From: Eutreptiella sp. 'Long Island Sound 2002'
Taxonomy: Eukaryota; Protista; Euglenida
Length of the DNA stretch: 64,000 bases
Assembly (NCBI GenBank): GCA_964036045.1
Contig: OZ038378.1
Span: forward strand, 180,420,001 to 180,484,000
Direction: 5' to 3'
The position numbers and the translations under genes were made by a program. The notes beneath the pieces are model-generated. The model did no database searches and had not been told where the DNA came from. It saw only the letters and a list, made by a program, of their open reading frames with translations. Positions 12,027 to 24,287 of the stretch are shown in pieces; the stretch's first letter is position 1, and every line of letters begins with the position of its first letter.

Positions 12027-13699
12027 AGAGCGGTCTGCCTGCCCAGATTCTTGGTGCATGTGTGCCTTGGTAAACAGTAGCATGCCTTATCAATAACGGC
12101 CCACATGGTGCTTCATATTGCTACAAGTTGGCCCCCAATGGGTCAAGGCAGATTGCTATGTCCCCAGAAGGCTGCCACCATTTTCCAACACACTCACGCA
12201 ACAGCATATTGCGCTTGGCCACGGCCACCAACCACCAAGGATACAATGACCCTTGTGACGCCTGCATAAATGCAAGGGGTTTCCCCTCCCTTCCTCGAGG
12301 TTTCATTGTGTCGGCATTGCACGCAGTGCGCATGCAGTGCCCACACAGTGCGCTCGCAGTGCGCACAGTGTGCATGTAGCGCAACAACTTCGCCTTAAAG
12401 TAGCGCGCACTGCGCACACAGTGGTTGCCCACATTTTACCTGCAAATCGTGTGGCACGAGCGTCAGCCAAAATCTTTTGGCCGTCCACAGCTTCCCTGCC
12501 TCATCGAGCCCCATGTTGCATCCGTGCATCCGGAGGCATCCGTGACTATGACACAGACACAAGGAATACGCATAATCAAGGGATGCTCAAGTCCATTCTC
12601 ATCTGCATACATGGTATCAAACACACACGCACATGCCCCCTGCTCTGCTTTCTTATGGTCCGAAAATTTTGAAAACTGTCGCCTCCTACTAAATGCTATC
12701 TACACTGAAGTTCCCATGATTTGAGGCGAACTTTAGGCTAAAGACTGAAATTCCACCTGCTGGGCCTTGGAAAAGTTGTCCAGGCAAATATTTGCTTGGG
12801 GGAATGCCGTGCACGCAGTGCGAGGTTTTGGATGTTGGCAAATACTCGCACCCTAGCTACCTTTTGGTGGTAAAACATTCATCCTGTGCCCTTGGTTTCC
12901 TATAAAGGAAAAGTGCTTCCATAAGCAGTCAAATATTTTTGGATTGTTCATTTTTCTGAAATGCATTCCGAGGAAATGATACGGTCACCACCAACCGTAG
13001 TACTTGGGTGAGTATCCCAGCCTCTGCGTGCGCAGTATGCACGCAGTGCGCACACAGTGCAAGAACTTCCCCTGGGACCCGTGGAAATCCCATGTACCGC
13101 CGGCCCCCTGCATAGTCCCCTGGGGGGGGGGGGGCGTCCTATACGCATCACCCCCCCAAAACAGACACCCAAAAGCCGCTAGACAATAGCAGCAAGCACC
13201 CAGAAGTGCAGTGCAAGTACCAGCGCTTGGTCCCCGTTTGGAGGGGGGGGATGGACACCCTCATTTGGTGACAAATCCCTTGGGGTTGGGGACACCATCG
13301 TGCATCACGGGGGGCCAGGGGGAATCTGCAATCTAGGAGGAGCTGAATGAGCACATTGGGAAGTGTGAAATACCAATATGGGGCTTTTTTTTTTGGTGCA
13401 CAGTGCCTGTTTCTCCATGAAATGGTCCAAAAGGTGCATCACACCACCCCATACCACACACCACACCGCATCACGCCACATCTGACACTGAGATCCCAGA
13501 TCCGGTCTTCGTCATAGCCCTTAAACAAGATACGTTAGGCTGAGTGCACACAAGCGCAAAAACAAAGGAACCAAAGGGTAGAAGTGGTTTCAATGACCAA
13601 CACTGCGGCCCTTGCAACTGCTTCTGCTGCAAGGGCAGGGGCAGGAGTCGGCACAGAGGTAACCCCCCCCCCTTTGCGAGAAAAAGCGAAAAAGGTAGG

Positions 13700-14087
13700 C
13701 GCCACACACGGTACAGCAATGATCTGTTGAGACACCTGACAGCAGGAGCACATGTTGAAATGTTGAGACGCCTTTGCGCCAACACAGGCGCCTTTGCGCC
13801 CCTGAGGCACGACTACGACACGTCCTTACGTGCCAGGGAATGAGTGCAAGGCAGGGGCACGACCTGCAGGGCAAGGGTTAGAGTCTAACCGGCACTGTGG
13901 GTGGGTGGTGGGTGCGAGCTGACCTCACTGTTCAGAGGAGCAGAGCCAATGCACAGTCGGCAACCACCTGGTGTGGTACAGAACTGGTCTACGCTGCAGT
14001 GCAGCAAGCATGACATTGAACAATGTGGTTATGACCATGCGCCTGTGACACGGGGGCGTATGCGAGCCCAGTTTCCGTTGCCTCATG
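13700..14087 (+). repeat. ~390-bp dispersed direct repeat, copy 2
   Basis: Similar to 7545-7930. Confidence 0.9.
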
Positions 14088-15126
14088 ACTCCCCGGGCAA
14101 TTAAGGCCCCTTTGCGAGAGCAACACCCTTGTCAGAGCAACAGAGCTACAGTGGGTGTTGTTTCTGCAATTTTTGGAGCATGCAGGACCTTAAAAGGCTG
14201 ACCTGTTTCCGCAACTTTTGGAACCCGTGGAATTTGGCGGTTCCATTTTCTGGTGGCCCATGAGCATCACACTTTTTCGGTGATTTGAGGCTGGGAATGG
14301 TTTTTATGGATATTGGTTTCACCCCTTCTTGTCCTTTGGAGGTGGAGATTAGGGAATCACCTGATGACTAGTACATCCACGAGGCAATTCTCACCTTTGC
14401 TTCTCGCGGGGCACATAAACAACCCCTTGTCGGAGCAACAGTAGGTGTTGTTTTGGTCAAATCTTGGAACTTTAGTTTTGCTGTCGTAAAGGGGGGGTGG
14501 GGGGTACCACCCCATGCACAAGTGTGGGCTCATCCAAAGATGGACACACCCCCTGGCGACACTCCTTTTTTCCCCCCTGAACCATGGGTTTTGTATTACC
14601 AGAATCCAGGAAACAGCATGAAGCACCCAGCTTTTCGGATTTCTCTGCTGCACTTCCAATAGAACAGTTTGGCCATACTGCACCAGCCCCATCTGCAATC
14701 CGCCCCCATCCTCCACTCCAGTTGGGAAATGTAAACCATTGAAGATTGCAATGTCCACTACATTAGACACAACAGGCGCACCACGACAGAGGCCAGTGCT
14801 GCCAGAATCATATGTGGCTGAAACAACTGCCTAGAAGTACGTCAGCCCCCATGGAAAGCAAGGGCAGAAAGCGGAGGTGCTAAGGTTGTGACGAGTACGT
14901 TCAAGGGGGGCGCAGCGTGCGCTGTGTCCGTGCTGTGCCCGTGCTCTGCGAAGAGTAGGCTATTTTGGACCCATTTTTCCTGATGGCCAAGGTGACTGCA
15001 GTAACTCTTGTGTTACCATACACAGGACTACTCAGATTCTTTGTCAGTCCAAAAACTCAGATAATCAGTTAAATCATTTTTTTCCCCCCACTAAAACTGC
15101 CAGATTGCTGTCTAAATCCATATATC

Positions 15127-15220
15127 GCACGAAGTCGCCCCCCCCCCCTACCTTGGAGGTAGGGGGGGGGTAGGGGGGGGGGTAGGTAGGGGGGGGAGGT
15201 AGGGGGGGGCGACTTCGTGC
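15127..15220. repeat. Short fold-back element (MITE-like) with inverted ends gcacgaagtcgccccccc / gggggggcgacttcgtgc
   Basis: 18-bp inverted repeats around a G-rich core. Confidence 0.7.
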
Positions 15221-17268
15221 ATACTGTCCTAAATCTGCTGTTTTTGCCCTGTAGATGTAGCTCCCCCGGTGGTGGATGGTTCGCAGGGTGGTCACGGGAA
15301 AGCTAAGTTATTACTGGGCGCTGTGCAGAAACGCCCCCAAGAGTTTTGCATGCAGTCTCAAACGGGTTCCAAACTGAGTGTGTCCTTCAGCTGAAGTAGT
15401 ACACATTCAAGCTAAGCACACTTCTTGTGCACCATTCTTTTGGATGTACATGTTGGTGCAAATTTACAGAATGGACAGGGTTTTCGCCTCGGGATGTATG
15501 CCTGTGATGTGCCCTAAACAGCTTATGCATCCATTGTGCATGCGAGCTCGTGCCAGCCTGTCTCAAGATGGGCACCCCGGCTGACGCCTGTTCTGGGCCA
15601 TGCAAGTCTTCGGACGGGGGTTGGGGTGCAGGCAGCAGCATGGGCATGTCCGGGTTTTCGTAAGGGTGGAGGTTGTGGCAGTGCTGGACCAGGGGGAGGT
15701 CAGGGCATGGGATTGGGCCTAGCGGTGGTTGAGGAGCATGGGCATTGGCCAAAGCATCAGGGGTGATCTGCAATCCTACGCCTGCTACTGTTACCTGCAG
15801 CTCATGTACCACCCCCTACCGCCACATGGGGGGTAGCTAGTCCTCACCGATGCCTCGGCCGAAGCGAGGTATGCTGTGACATAGCCCTCAAGTGCGTGTG
15901 CATGAGCGCGCATATGTGCGGTTGCATGTCCGTGCGTGCCTACATTAGCGTGCATGCTCGTGTGTGCGTGTGTGTGCGTGTCTGCCCTTTGCGCTCGCAC
16001 GACCTTGTCTAACGGCAGCGACCCCGTGTGACGGTTCCCACTTTTCTGACCGCGGGTTTGGTGATCAGAACATGTCTGTGAGATGGTTGTGTCGGTAAGT
16101 GGGAAAGAGGGGCTGGCTCGTGCCTGTGCAACTCCAACTCAATCAAATAGGGGACAGCCCAATGGCACCCAACAATATGGAGTTCTGGAGGCAGCTGTAC
16201 GAAAATTTTCGGGTGACTGTTCCTTTCTGTCTTGGTAGAAGCTCAACATGACCCGCTATGTGCCCTTTGTCCGCCTTTGTGCATGTGTCCGATGCACAAG
16301 TACCAGCCTCCTTTGGTTTTTTTTTTTTGCCCTGGCCCTGCACAAATACCAGCACGCAAATGCACACTCAGCGAACACTTGGTGGAACACCGGATCCGAA
16401 GTAAAACAAACAGAAAATCACCATACACAACCCGAAAGCACAGCGCCAAGCCACCTTTGCTTTTGGGGGAGCACCAGACGCAGTGCTCGCGCGGCGCCGA
16501 GACTTGGCCATCTGGTGTGACCAAGCACCTGTAGCGACTTCTGATTGCCTTCGTTGAACCTCCCGGTGCTATTGAGGGGTTGTCTCAGTTTGCAAATGTA
16601 TGGTGCTCCCTTTCAGACATCTCAACATGCTCTCTCCCCTTGACCATGCAATGTCTGTGGGAAGGAGGGGTGTTGATGCCATTGCTGTGGCCAATGGATG
16701 TACTCTCCTTAGGGGCCATTTTGCGTGGGGGTAAAAAGGAAGAAGCATGCCATTGTTGGCATGGGAGGGAGGCCAACAGGCAGAAGCAGCGCTTGTGAGC
16801 AGAGGGGCGACTGTCGCACTCTCACCTAGTGAAAATACTTTTCCCCCCTGGCTTAGGACACTCAATGCAGACAATTTCCTCCTGAGAAATCAAGGACCGG
16901 CGGTACCAACCGGCACACGTTCTCAGCCTTTATGGCAGAGCCCCCACCAGGACCGGTTACCCATGGGTCCCACTCACCTCAGGACGGCTCTGTATGGCTT
17001 TTCACGGCTAAGCCTCCAGCGTGTTTGAGGGCCAGCAATCATCGAAATCAGGGGACCCCTGTGCACAGCGCACACACAGTGTGCATGGTGCCAAAACCAG
17101 AAGTAATGGGACCCTATTTCAAGCTTTTCTCGACGCAACATTAAAAGCACCAGGGCGAATGGCACCCGGTGCAGGTCATCTCCCACAGTTACTCACTCCT
17201 TGATGTGCTAACCGCCCTGCATGGATGCCCCCACATGGCCCCGAATTGTCCGGCATGCGGTGCTGCAG

Positions 17269-17396
17269 GTAAGGAGAGAGACGGGGCATGCCTCCGCGGT
17301 GGTCTCCTGAAGAAGGTGTTCAGTGGAGGAGGCGACTGGCAAACGGGATACTACGAGCTGTACCAAGATCGCTTGCTGTACTACCGCCCGCACAAG
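17269..17396 (+). CDS. Host gene exon, PH domain 1 N-terminal strands
   Basis: tgcag acceptor and aag|gtctgt donor. CLRGGLLKKVFSGGGDWQTGYYELYQDRLLYYRPHK matches the PH beta1-beta3 pattern (G-x-L-x-K...W..RY/YF.L....L.YY). Confidence 0.7.
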
Positions 17397-17500
17397 GTCT
17401 GTGGCACCCCCCAGCACACGGATCTGCATGCCACACTTCTGTTTCCCAAAGCTGACCATTGCCCAGTCTGTCCAGGTTTGTATTTTGTCTCTTGTTGCAG

Positions 17501-17524
17501 ACCACCTCGCTGGACTGCCGCACC
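17501..17524 (+). CDS. Putative 24-nt micro-exon of PH domain 1 (TTSLDCRT)
   Basis: Strong pyrimidine tract plus ttgcag. In phase 0 it links RPHK to VIDL. The donor gtggtg is weak. Confidence 0.35.
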
Positions 17525-19110
17525 GTGGTGCTACAGCGAAGGCGGCTGGCGATTCACTGACGGCGGTCGTTGTTACCTCTTGTGTTTCCGCCCCTGCTGG
17601 ATTTCCGGAACACTGACCAACAACTTTTTAGCATAAATTTTTTTCCACTGGGTTCCAAACTTTTAACTTTACTGAGCTGATTGATCCGTTTGATTTGCAG
17701 TGGAATTCAGTCCCACTGAGAAACTTTTTTTGTGAATCCCCCAGCCCCAACCACCACCACCCAGATGATTCAACGAATAGTCACTTTTGTTCAATTTTGG
17801 GGAAAGACATTTTACTCAGATAACAAGTGGGAAGAAAAGATTCAGCAAAGCCATATCCAACCAAGGTGAGGATTTCCTCACTTCTTTTGAAAACAGTGAA
17901 TACTTTCTTTTATTTGGTGATCTGATTTTTGAGGGAAGAGGATATGGATTCCCAAGCAGGGCCCTGCCATGCCCCAATACATTTGGCAGGGCATCTATGG
18001 CCAAAATCCAAACACCTCTGCAGATGGCCCTAATGCACCAAGGGTAACCATACACTGCCGTTTGGGGGAGTCCTGGGGGGGGGGGGGGGGGGGCTCGGTT
18101 TCCGTACACGACCCCCCCCCCCCCCCCGGCCTGCCGGCCCAGTCAGCAACAAGGGATGGCCGGGTTCGGCCCATAATAATGGTGGCGCCGACAAGTGGCC
18201 TCTTTTGTCAAAGTCTGCACCCGTTCGGTGGGAAATGTTTGTTTTCGAAAAACAAACTCAGACCATATGACACCCTCCACCATCATATCTCTTGGGGTTT
18301 CCAGGATTTGTGCCAACACAGAGGGTGTTTGGGGGTTGGTGCCATTGTTGCCTCATTCGTGTCCAGTGAGTGTCCTGGAGGTGGGGGTTTGTGGGTTGTA
18401 TTTGGAAAACCCTCGAAAAGGGCTTTTCGGAGATGTATGGGTTGGGGGGGGAGGGGGGCATATTTTTTCGAAAATTGGCGACTACGGTTGATGATTTGGG
18501 GTTTGTTTTGCCTGTTCTGGTCAGGGCTTTTTTTGGAAACATTTTCACACACACAAAAGAGTCAGAAGTGGCAGTAGTGTGGGAAGACCCAGTGACCCTG
18601 TCCGGTTCCGAAGGTTAAGCCGCCTCTTGTGCATTTAGTCCCAAGGTGCCTGGACCACTTTTTTAGGGTTGTCTTATTGTCGTGGTCTAGGTCCATTTCA
18701 TGGCAAACATGTTGCCCCCCCCCCCCCCCCCCCTCCCCCGGGAGGGCTAGCCGGCGGCGGGGAGGGGGGACTGGCAAGAGGCCATCGCGCTGGTTTGTTT
18801 GCTGTTGGCGGCGTTATTGGCCTCTCGCCACTGTACAATCTGACCCTCTGTGGGTCCCAACGTGGTTTGGTTGTGTCCACGGAGCCCCTTTCGCTTTCGG
18901 CTCACTTCGACTGGGGGTCGCATACAGCCCGAGAAGTCGCACCCTGCCCCCCCCTGTGGGGAGCCCGTTCTTGGGAACCCTCCCCCCTCCACCCAGTATC
19001 ACAGCCCGGACTCCTGGCGATGGGGGCGGGTCATGGGGCGTCCTCACTGTAAGGGGCCCCTGTCTGTTGTTGCCCAGCAGGCACGCAGGCCCCCGTTTCC
19101 ACACTGGCAG

Positions 19111-19245
19111 GTCATCGATCTTGGGAACGTGTCGCTCATCCCGAGCCGCAGTGCACCGTTGGTGTTCACCGTCTTGAATGTTCTCGACAGAAGCAGTACA
19201 ATTTTCCGAACGCCAACTGAGACTGGGAGAATAGACTGGCTGGAG
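19111..19245 (+). CDS. Host gene exon, PH domain 1 C-terminal strands and helix
   Basis: ggcag|GTC...GAG|gtgtgc, 135 nt, VIDLGNVSLIPSRSAPLVFTVLNVLDRSSTIFRTPTETGRIDWLE. A 44-nt GT-AG intron (19246-19289) would continue it as ELEVLPYK. Confidence 0.65.
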
Positions 19246-22200
19246 GTGTGCAGCTGTGCTATGACACGACACGCGATGGTGTGGCACAGGAGCTGGAGGT
19301 CCTGCCATACAAGTACTGTGGATCGACCTATTGCAGGGGGTTCCTTTGGGAGCCCCACTTCCCCCCCCCCTTTCTCAGTACCCTAATTCTTCCCCCCCCC
19401 CCCCCGTGCACCTGCAGTGGGCGTCTGCAGTGGGCGCCGCCAGCTGCAGACGAGAACACAAGACCATGGCTTCTTGCCAAAACCCCCCCGTGCACCTTGG
19501 GCACCGCCGTTGGGCATGTCATTTACACGCCAGCTGCTGTCGGTTTCCTGCTAACCACCATTAGTCACCACCAACCGCCGATTGACAGCCTGCCCATAGA
19601 CCAGACAACAATTGGAGGCATTCTTTTGTTTTGTTTTTCTTTGAGAGGGCTCCTGGGAGGAGACAATGTTGCGCCCCATGTGTGTATGACAGCTGTGGAA
19701 TGTGGTGCCACAGGGCTTACACCTGGGCCGGATACACTTGCTACTTTCACTGTCAACAACTACACATGGCAACCATGAGGCTGTGGGGGTTGCGGTGGTG
19801 TTTCAACCCGGCGATGGCCTGTGTCAAATCGGGTTTAGCGGACTGTGAGTGCCACCTGATGGACCATGATCAGTGCATCAGGGCTAAATTTCATGGGCAA
19901 CCCGCCAGGTCGCTCCTCTCAGGTGTGCATATGGGCCCAGGTCCTCCAGCTGCTTACCTGCCTTCCATGGGCCCCGCGTATTGACTTGAGGGATGTCACC
20001 TTGGGGCTGTGTCTATGCAGGAGACCGGCGGCCGGTGGTGCTTTGGTTGTGGCCAACACAAGGAAGTTGTACACCTTGCCTTTGCCCTTTCACATGGTGT
20101 ATTTGGTGGAGCTTCTGCGGCCTGGGTGGTCCTCCCTGCCGGATGAGACATTGCACAGTGCTGAGGTGCTGCAACACCGCAGACACCCAAGGATGCATTG
20201 ATGCAGTTGAGGCAGACAACCCAGGGTGTCCCTTCTTAAGCAGGCCGTGCTACACACATGCCATGAGCTGTGGAGCTCGGGTTTTGTGGCTGTGTGGCAC
20301 TCGTACTTGCACTGTACAAGTACCATCTTATATGCCATGCTGTAGCAGGGGGATAGGAGGCCAGCAACAGGTGGTAATAGCTCAGCCCCGAGGGATGAGG
20401 GGTTGCAAGACCCTCAGGCGTGCTTACAACGCATGGCCGTGCCTAGTGTGCAGGCATTTTGTGGGGCGGTGTCCTTGGTGGTAACTCAAAAGGGTGTTGG
20501 TGCATGCATAGCTTCCGAACAAGCTTTAGGCATTTGTGGGTGCTAGACCCGGTGCACCATTATGGAGTGGGATGTGTCAGTGCTTGGTAGTGTATAGCAC
20601 ATGTCTGCACTAGGGTACACAAAGTCCACTTGAGGTTGATGGGGGAAAGGAACCGCATTATTACAACAACATGGGGATGTCTCTCCCTGCAGCACCTGTG
20701 GCGTGGAATGCGTCAAAATGGCTGTGCCACGCTGTGCACATTGAGCTGGGGTGTGGTTTCTCCGTTTTAGAGAGTGGTTATGTCAGCAGACCAATGTGCA
20801 CCCCCCCCCACCCCCACCCATCAGAACCCCTGTGAGATTTTTGTGGACGAAGACCCCAAAGGGTTGTTGAATAGTGGTTTTCGGTTTTTGTTGCAGGTTT
20901 TGGTGTTTTTGGGTTGTAGGAGAGAAATATTCCCAGCCTTGCAGCGGCTGCAACGCGCAGAAGTTACCCCCGTGGGTTTGGATGCAGGTGCAGCCTAGCA
21001 GTTGGTGGCATTGGTGGTACACCCTTTTGGGACGCCAAGGACAGTTGTGTGAACAACAGAACAGTGTGTGCTCTCACACACAATTTTCCCGGAGACATTA
21101 CTTCAGAGACATGCAGTGGGTGTGGCCATTTGTAACCATTCGCTGGCCATCAGCTACGCTGCTTTGGGCTGGTATGGCACAAGGGTGCCCTGACGACAAT
21201 ATTGCCCACTGGGCACCCCCTGTAAATTCCAAAAGCTCAAAATGATGCACACCCGGAACTACCAACCTGCATACTTATTTAGCCTTTATGGCAACCCCCC
21301 CACACCCCACCCTCTGCCGCCATGATATTGAGTGCCTAGTTTTGAACAGGACAGGGCCTTTCCCCATGTATGGCCCTTCAATGTCCGGCGAGAAAGCCTG
21401 GCCCTAGATGTTGCGGCAAGATTGCCCTGGCATCTTCCTGCATGGATACTCTGACATGGCCCCTCACATTGCTATATGGGGCTGTGCACAATCCATGGCC
21501 GTATCAATAACCCCTGCTGGCCCTAGTGCCAACCTAGGGAGTACTTGGTCGTGTACTTGGTAATCAGCTGGCCGTAGCTCACAATGTTGCCCACATTCAT
21601 TCATCAAGGACAGCGCTCATCGGCATTCCACCATGCTAGTAGGGGGCAGTGCAGTAATGCCCTATGGAGTTTGAGGGTGTAGCCAGTGAGGGGGTTTGAG
21701 TGGCTAGCGGTGGCTGGGGTTGAGAATTGGGGTGTAGAGCAGCCACTATTGTGTACGGTAGCTTGAGTGGTATGGGGGGGCGGGGGGGTTGGCTCTACTT
21801 ATGGCTTGCGACACTGTTGGGGCAACATGTCTTGCAGTTTGTGGGATATTCTAGCCCGAGGGCCCTACAAAGGAGCACCAAAGCCTTTGCCACCCAGGGT
21901 TTGGGACCTCTGACCCCCCCCCCCCCCAAAAGAGCTGCCTTGCAGCCATGCAATATCCTCATTACATCAACCCACTCATGGATACCACCCTGGTCCTACT
22001 GCGTCAAAGGGGTAATTCCAGTGGAACATTCTCGGTGAACTCGAGCAATGCAGTGAAGGGCCGCCTATTTCGACACCGGGTCAAGGCCATGGGGCGAAAC
22101 AATGGCCAATACAAGGGTACACACCACAGTCGCCTGAGCAGCCAGCTTGACGATACTGACCAGGCACCATGGGGTCGCAGCTTGGATCTTGACGGCACCT

Positions 22201-22421
22201 CCTCCTCCCCCCTCACTCCTCCTGTGTGTGTGTTGTGTTGTGTTGTGTTGTATGTGCAGTATTGTGTGTGCAGTATTGTACCCTTCGGACCACTTCTACT
22301 GGGGGGGGGGGTCGCGTACAAAAGTGAGGAGACGTCCCCCCCGTGCCTCACGCCCAGTTTCTGCCTGTCGTGGTGCCATCTGCAGGGCGGTTTCGGGTGT
22401 TGGCGTGTTGGCATTGTGTGC

Positions 22422-22452
<31 letters not shown>

Positions 22453-22600
22453 GTGAGGTCTGGTAGAGGGCTGTGCCTGCATCGTAATTGCTCTACATTG
22501 CGCACTCTTTGGCAGACCGAAAGATGTCTAGGACAGCTCTGTTGTCCCTCAGGAGTTTTGTCCAACCCCTTTTCTTGCTTTGTGCTTGTTTGGCGGTCCT

Positions 22601-22634
<34 letters not shown>

Positions 22635-23429
22635 AGTCCTGTGCTGTGTGTATGTTCCGGTGTGTGGTGTATTGTGCTGTGTGTTTGCATGTGTTTATGT
22701 GCATGGAATATTGTGCTGTATGTGCCCCCCACTGCTGCCCAGGGGCGCGTGACCTCACCGTGGTGTGGGGGTGAAACCGGGGGGGGGTCCCCCGGGCTAA
22801 CACGCAATCTGGGGGGTGACCAGGTCCAGCCGCGGCGGCCTGGTCACGGGATCCCGCGCCCCACCCCTCGCCGGCCACCGTGGGACAGCCACGATGGCAC
22901 AGGGCGGGCTCCACCGGGGGGTGGCGGTATGCAAGAGAGCCCCGGGTCTCCCTGTGGCCCAGCCCTCTCCAGGGCTCATGTGTTTCCCCCTCTCGCCCCC
23001 ACCCACGGCGCCGTGTGTCTTTGCACAGGTACATCATGGGTGGGGACCGAGTACAGGAACGCCATACCGGGCCTGGGGTTAAACTCCATGCCTCGGACGG
23101 CTGCTACGAGGAATTTTGCGCACCGAGACCGGGGGAGGGTCCCGCGCCTACCGCTACGGTGCTCACTGCGCCGGGGCTAGGGTACCTTCCTATGGTTTCG
23201 GCTGCGACATGGAAGAAGGGGTGGCCCCCCGGTTTTGAATCGCGGAGGGGCGCCATCCCCTCCCAGTGGCCTGAGCGAAGGGGAGGCCCCTCGAGGCCCT
23301 GTTTCGCTTTGGAGGAAGTGTGAAATAAGGGGTGGCCCCCCTGTTCCAGGAACTGCGTCCGTGGGGAGCGCCGCCGTAGGCGCAGCCACATTGGAGGAAG
23401 TTTGAAAGAAGGGGAGGCCCCCCGAGACC

Positions 23430-24025
23430 GTCCCGTGGGTAACGCCAACGAAGGCGTTACCACTTTACCCGTCTTTGGAAGCAGGGGGGGCGCCATCCCC
23501 CCCAGGAGCTGTTATGACTTCGATGTGTATGTATCAAGTAATGTAAGTACGTCAATGAAAGAACCTCAGTATTGTATAATGTACGCCTCCGGCCAACAGC
23601 AGAGAGGGCCGGAGGTCCGGGTAAAAGCCCCGGACCCCCCAAAGGCAGCCCCAAAGGTGAGCGCACCACTGGACGGGGCATGTCTGCGGGGTAAGAACAT
23701 GCGCTGCGTAAACAAATAACTTAATAAATAGTGCTTATTGCTATAAGTAATGCTTAAACGGGTAAATGCCCCCCCCCCGGGGCCAGTTTAGTGCGCACCC
23801 CCCAGAGCCGGACTCGACCGGCCGTGCTGAGGCGAGCCCAGCAATGGGTATGACAGGCCAGACTTTAAGTGCTGGTAGCCACGCCTCAGCACACTCCGTG
23901 GGCTTATAAGGCCCACGGGGGCCCCAAATACCGTTAAGCCCCGGCGGAATTTGGGGTTGTTCGTGGTTAAGAGGACTCACGTTGAGTCCCAGCTACTGCT
24001 ACCCCGGAGTTATGATCTCCGGTAC
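23430..24025 (+). ncRNA. Hairpin-dense putative structured RNA segment in the LINE leader
   Basis: Consecutive perfect stems: gtaacgcc/ggcgttac (23439-23460), cctccggcc/ggccggagg (23586-23615), gtccggg/cccggac (23615-23635), gccgg/ccggc (23807-23822), gtgctgaggcg/cgcctcagcac (23824-23892), ccgtgggc/gcccacgg (23896-23918), ccccaaat/atttgggg (23922-23956), ggactca/tgagtcc (23973-23989), ccggag/ctccgg (24004-24022). Confidence 0.5.
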
Positions 24026-24287
24026 TGCCTGCCTACTTGCCTGCTGCTGCTAAGAGGTAGAAACCGGGTAGGACTACCCCCCCCCCCCCCCGACCCCCAA
24101 GCCTGCACGGCACCGGGGGACCCCCACAGCGGCCGCAAGGGCTACGCGTGGGCGGCTCCTGGTTTCTGTCGCAGTGCAGAAAAGGTAGTTACCACGACCC
24201 CCCGAATGCCCGCGGGGTCTGTGGCACCCCGTTCCCCCGGGCCCCACAAGGGACGCGCGGAGACGGGGTTGGCCCGTAGGGGTCGGG

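Noticed and set aside
23960-24030. Pistol- or twister-like ribozyme (cgtggttaag...tcacgtt; ccgttaagccccgg)
   Set aside because: The required pseudoknot complements and conserved AAA/UAA linkers are missing; the resemblance is superficial.
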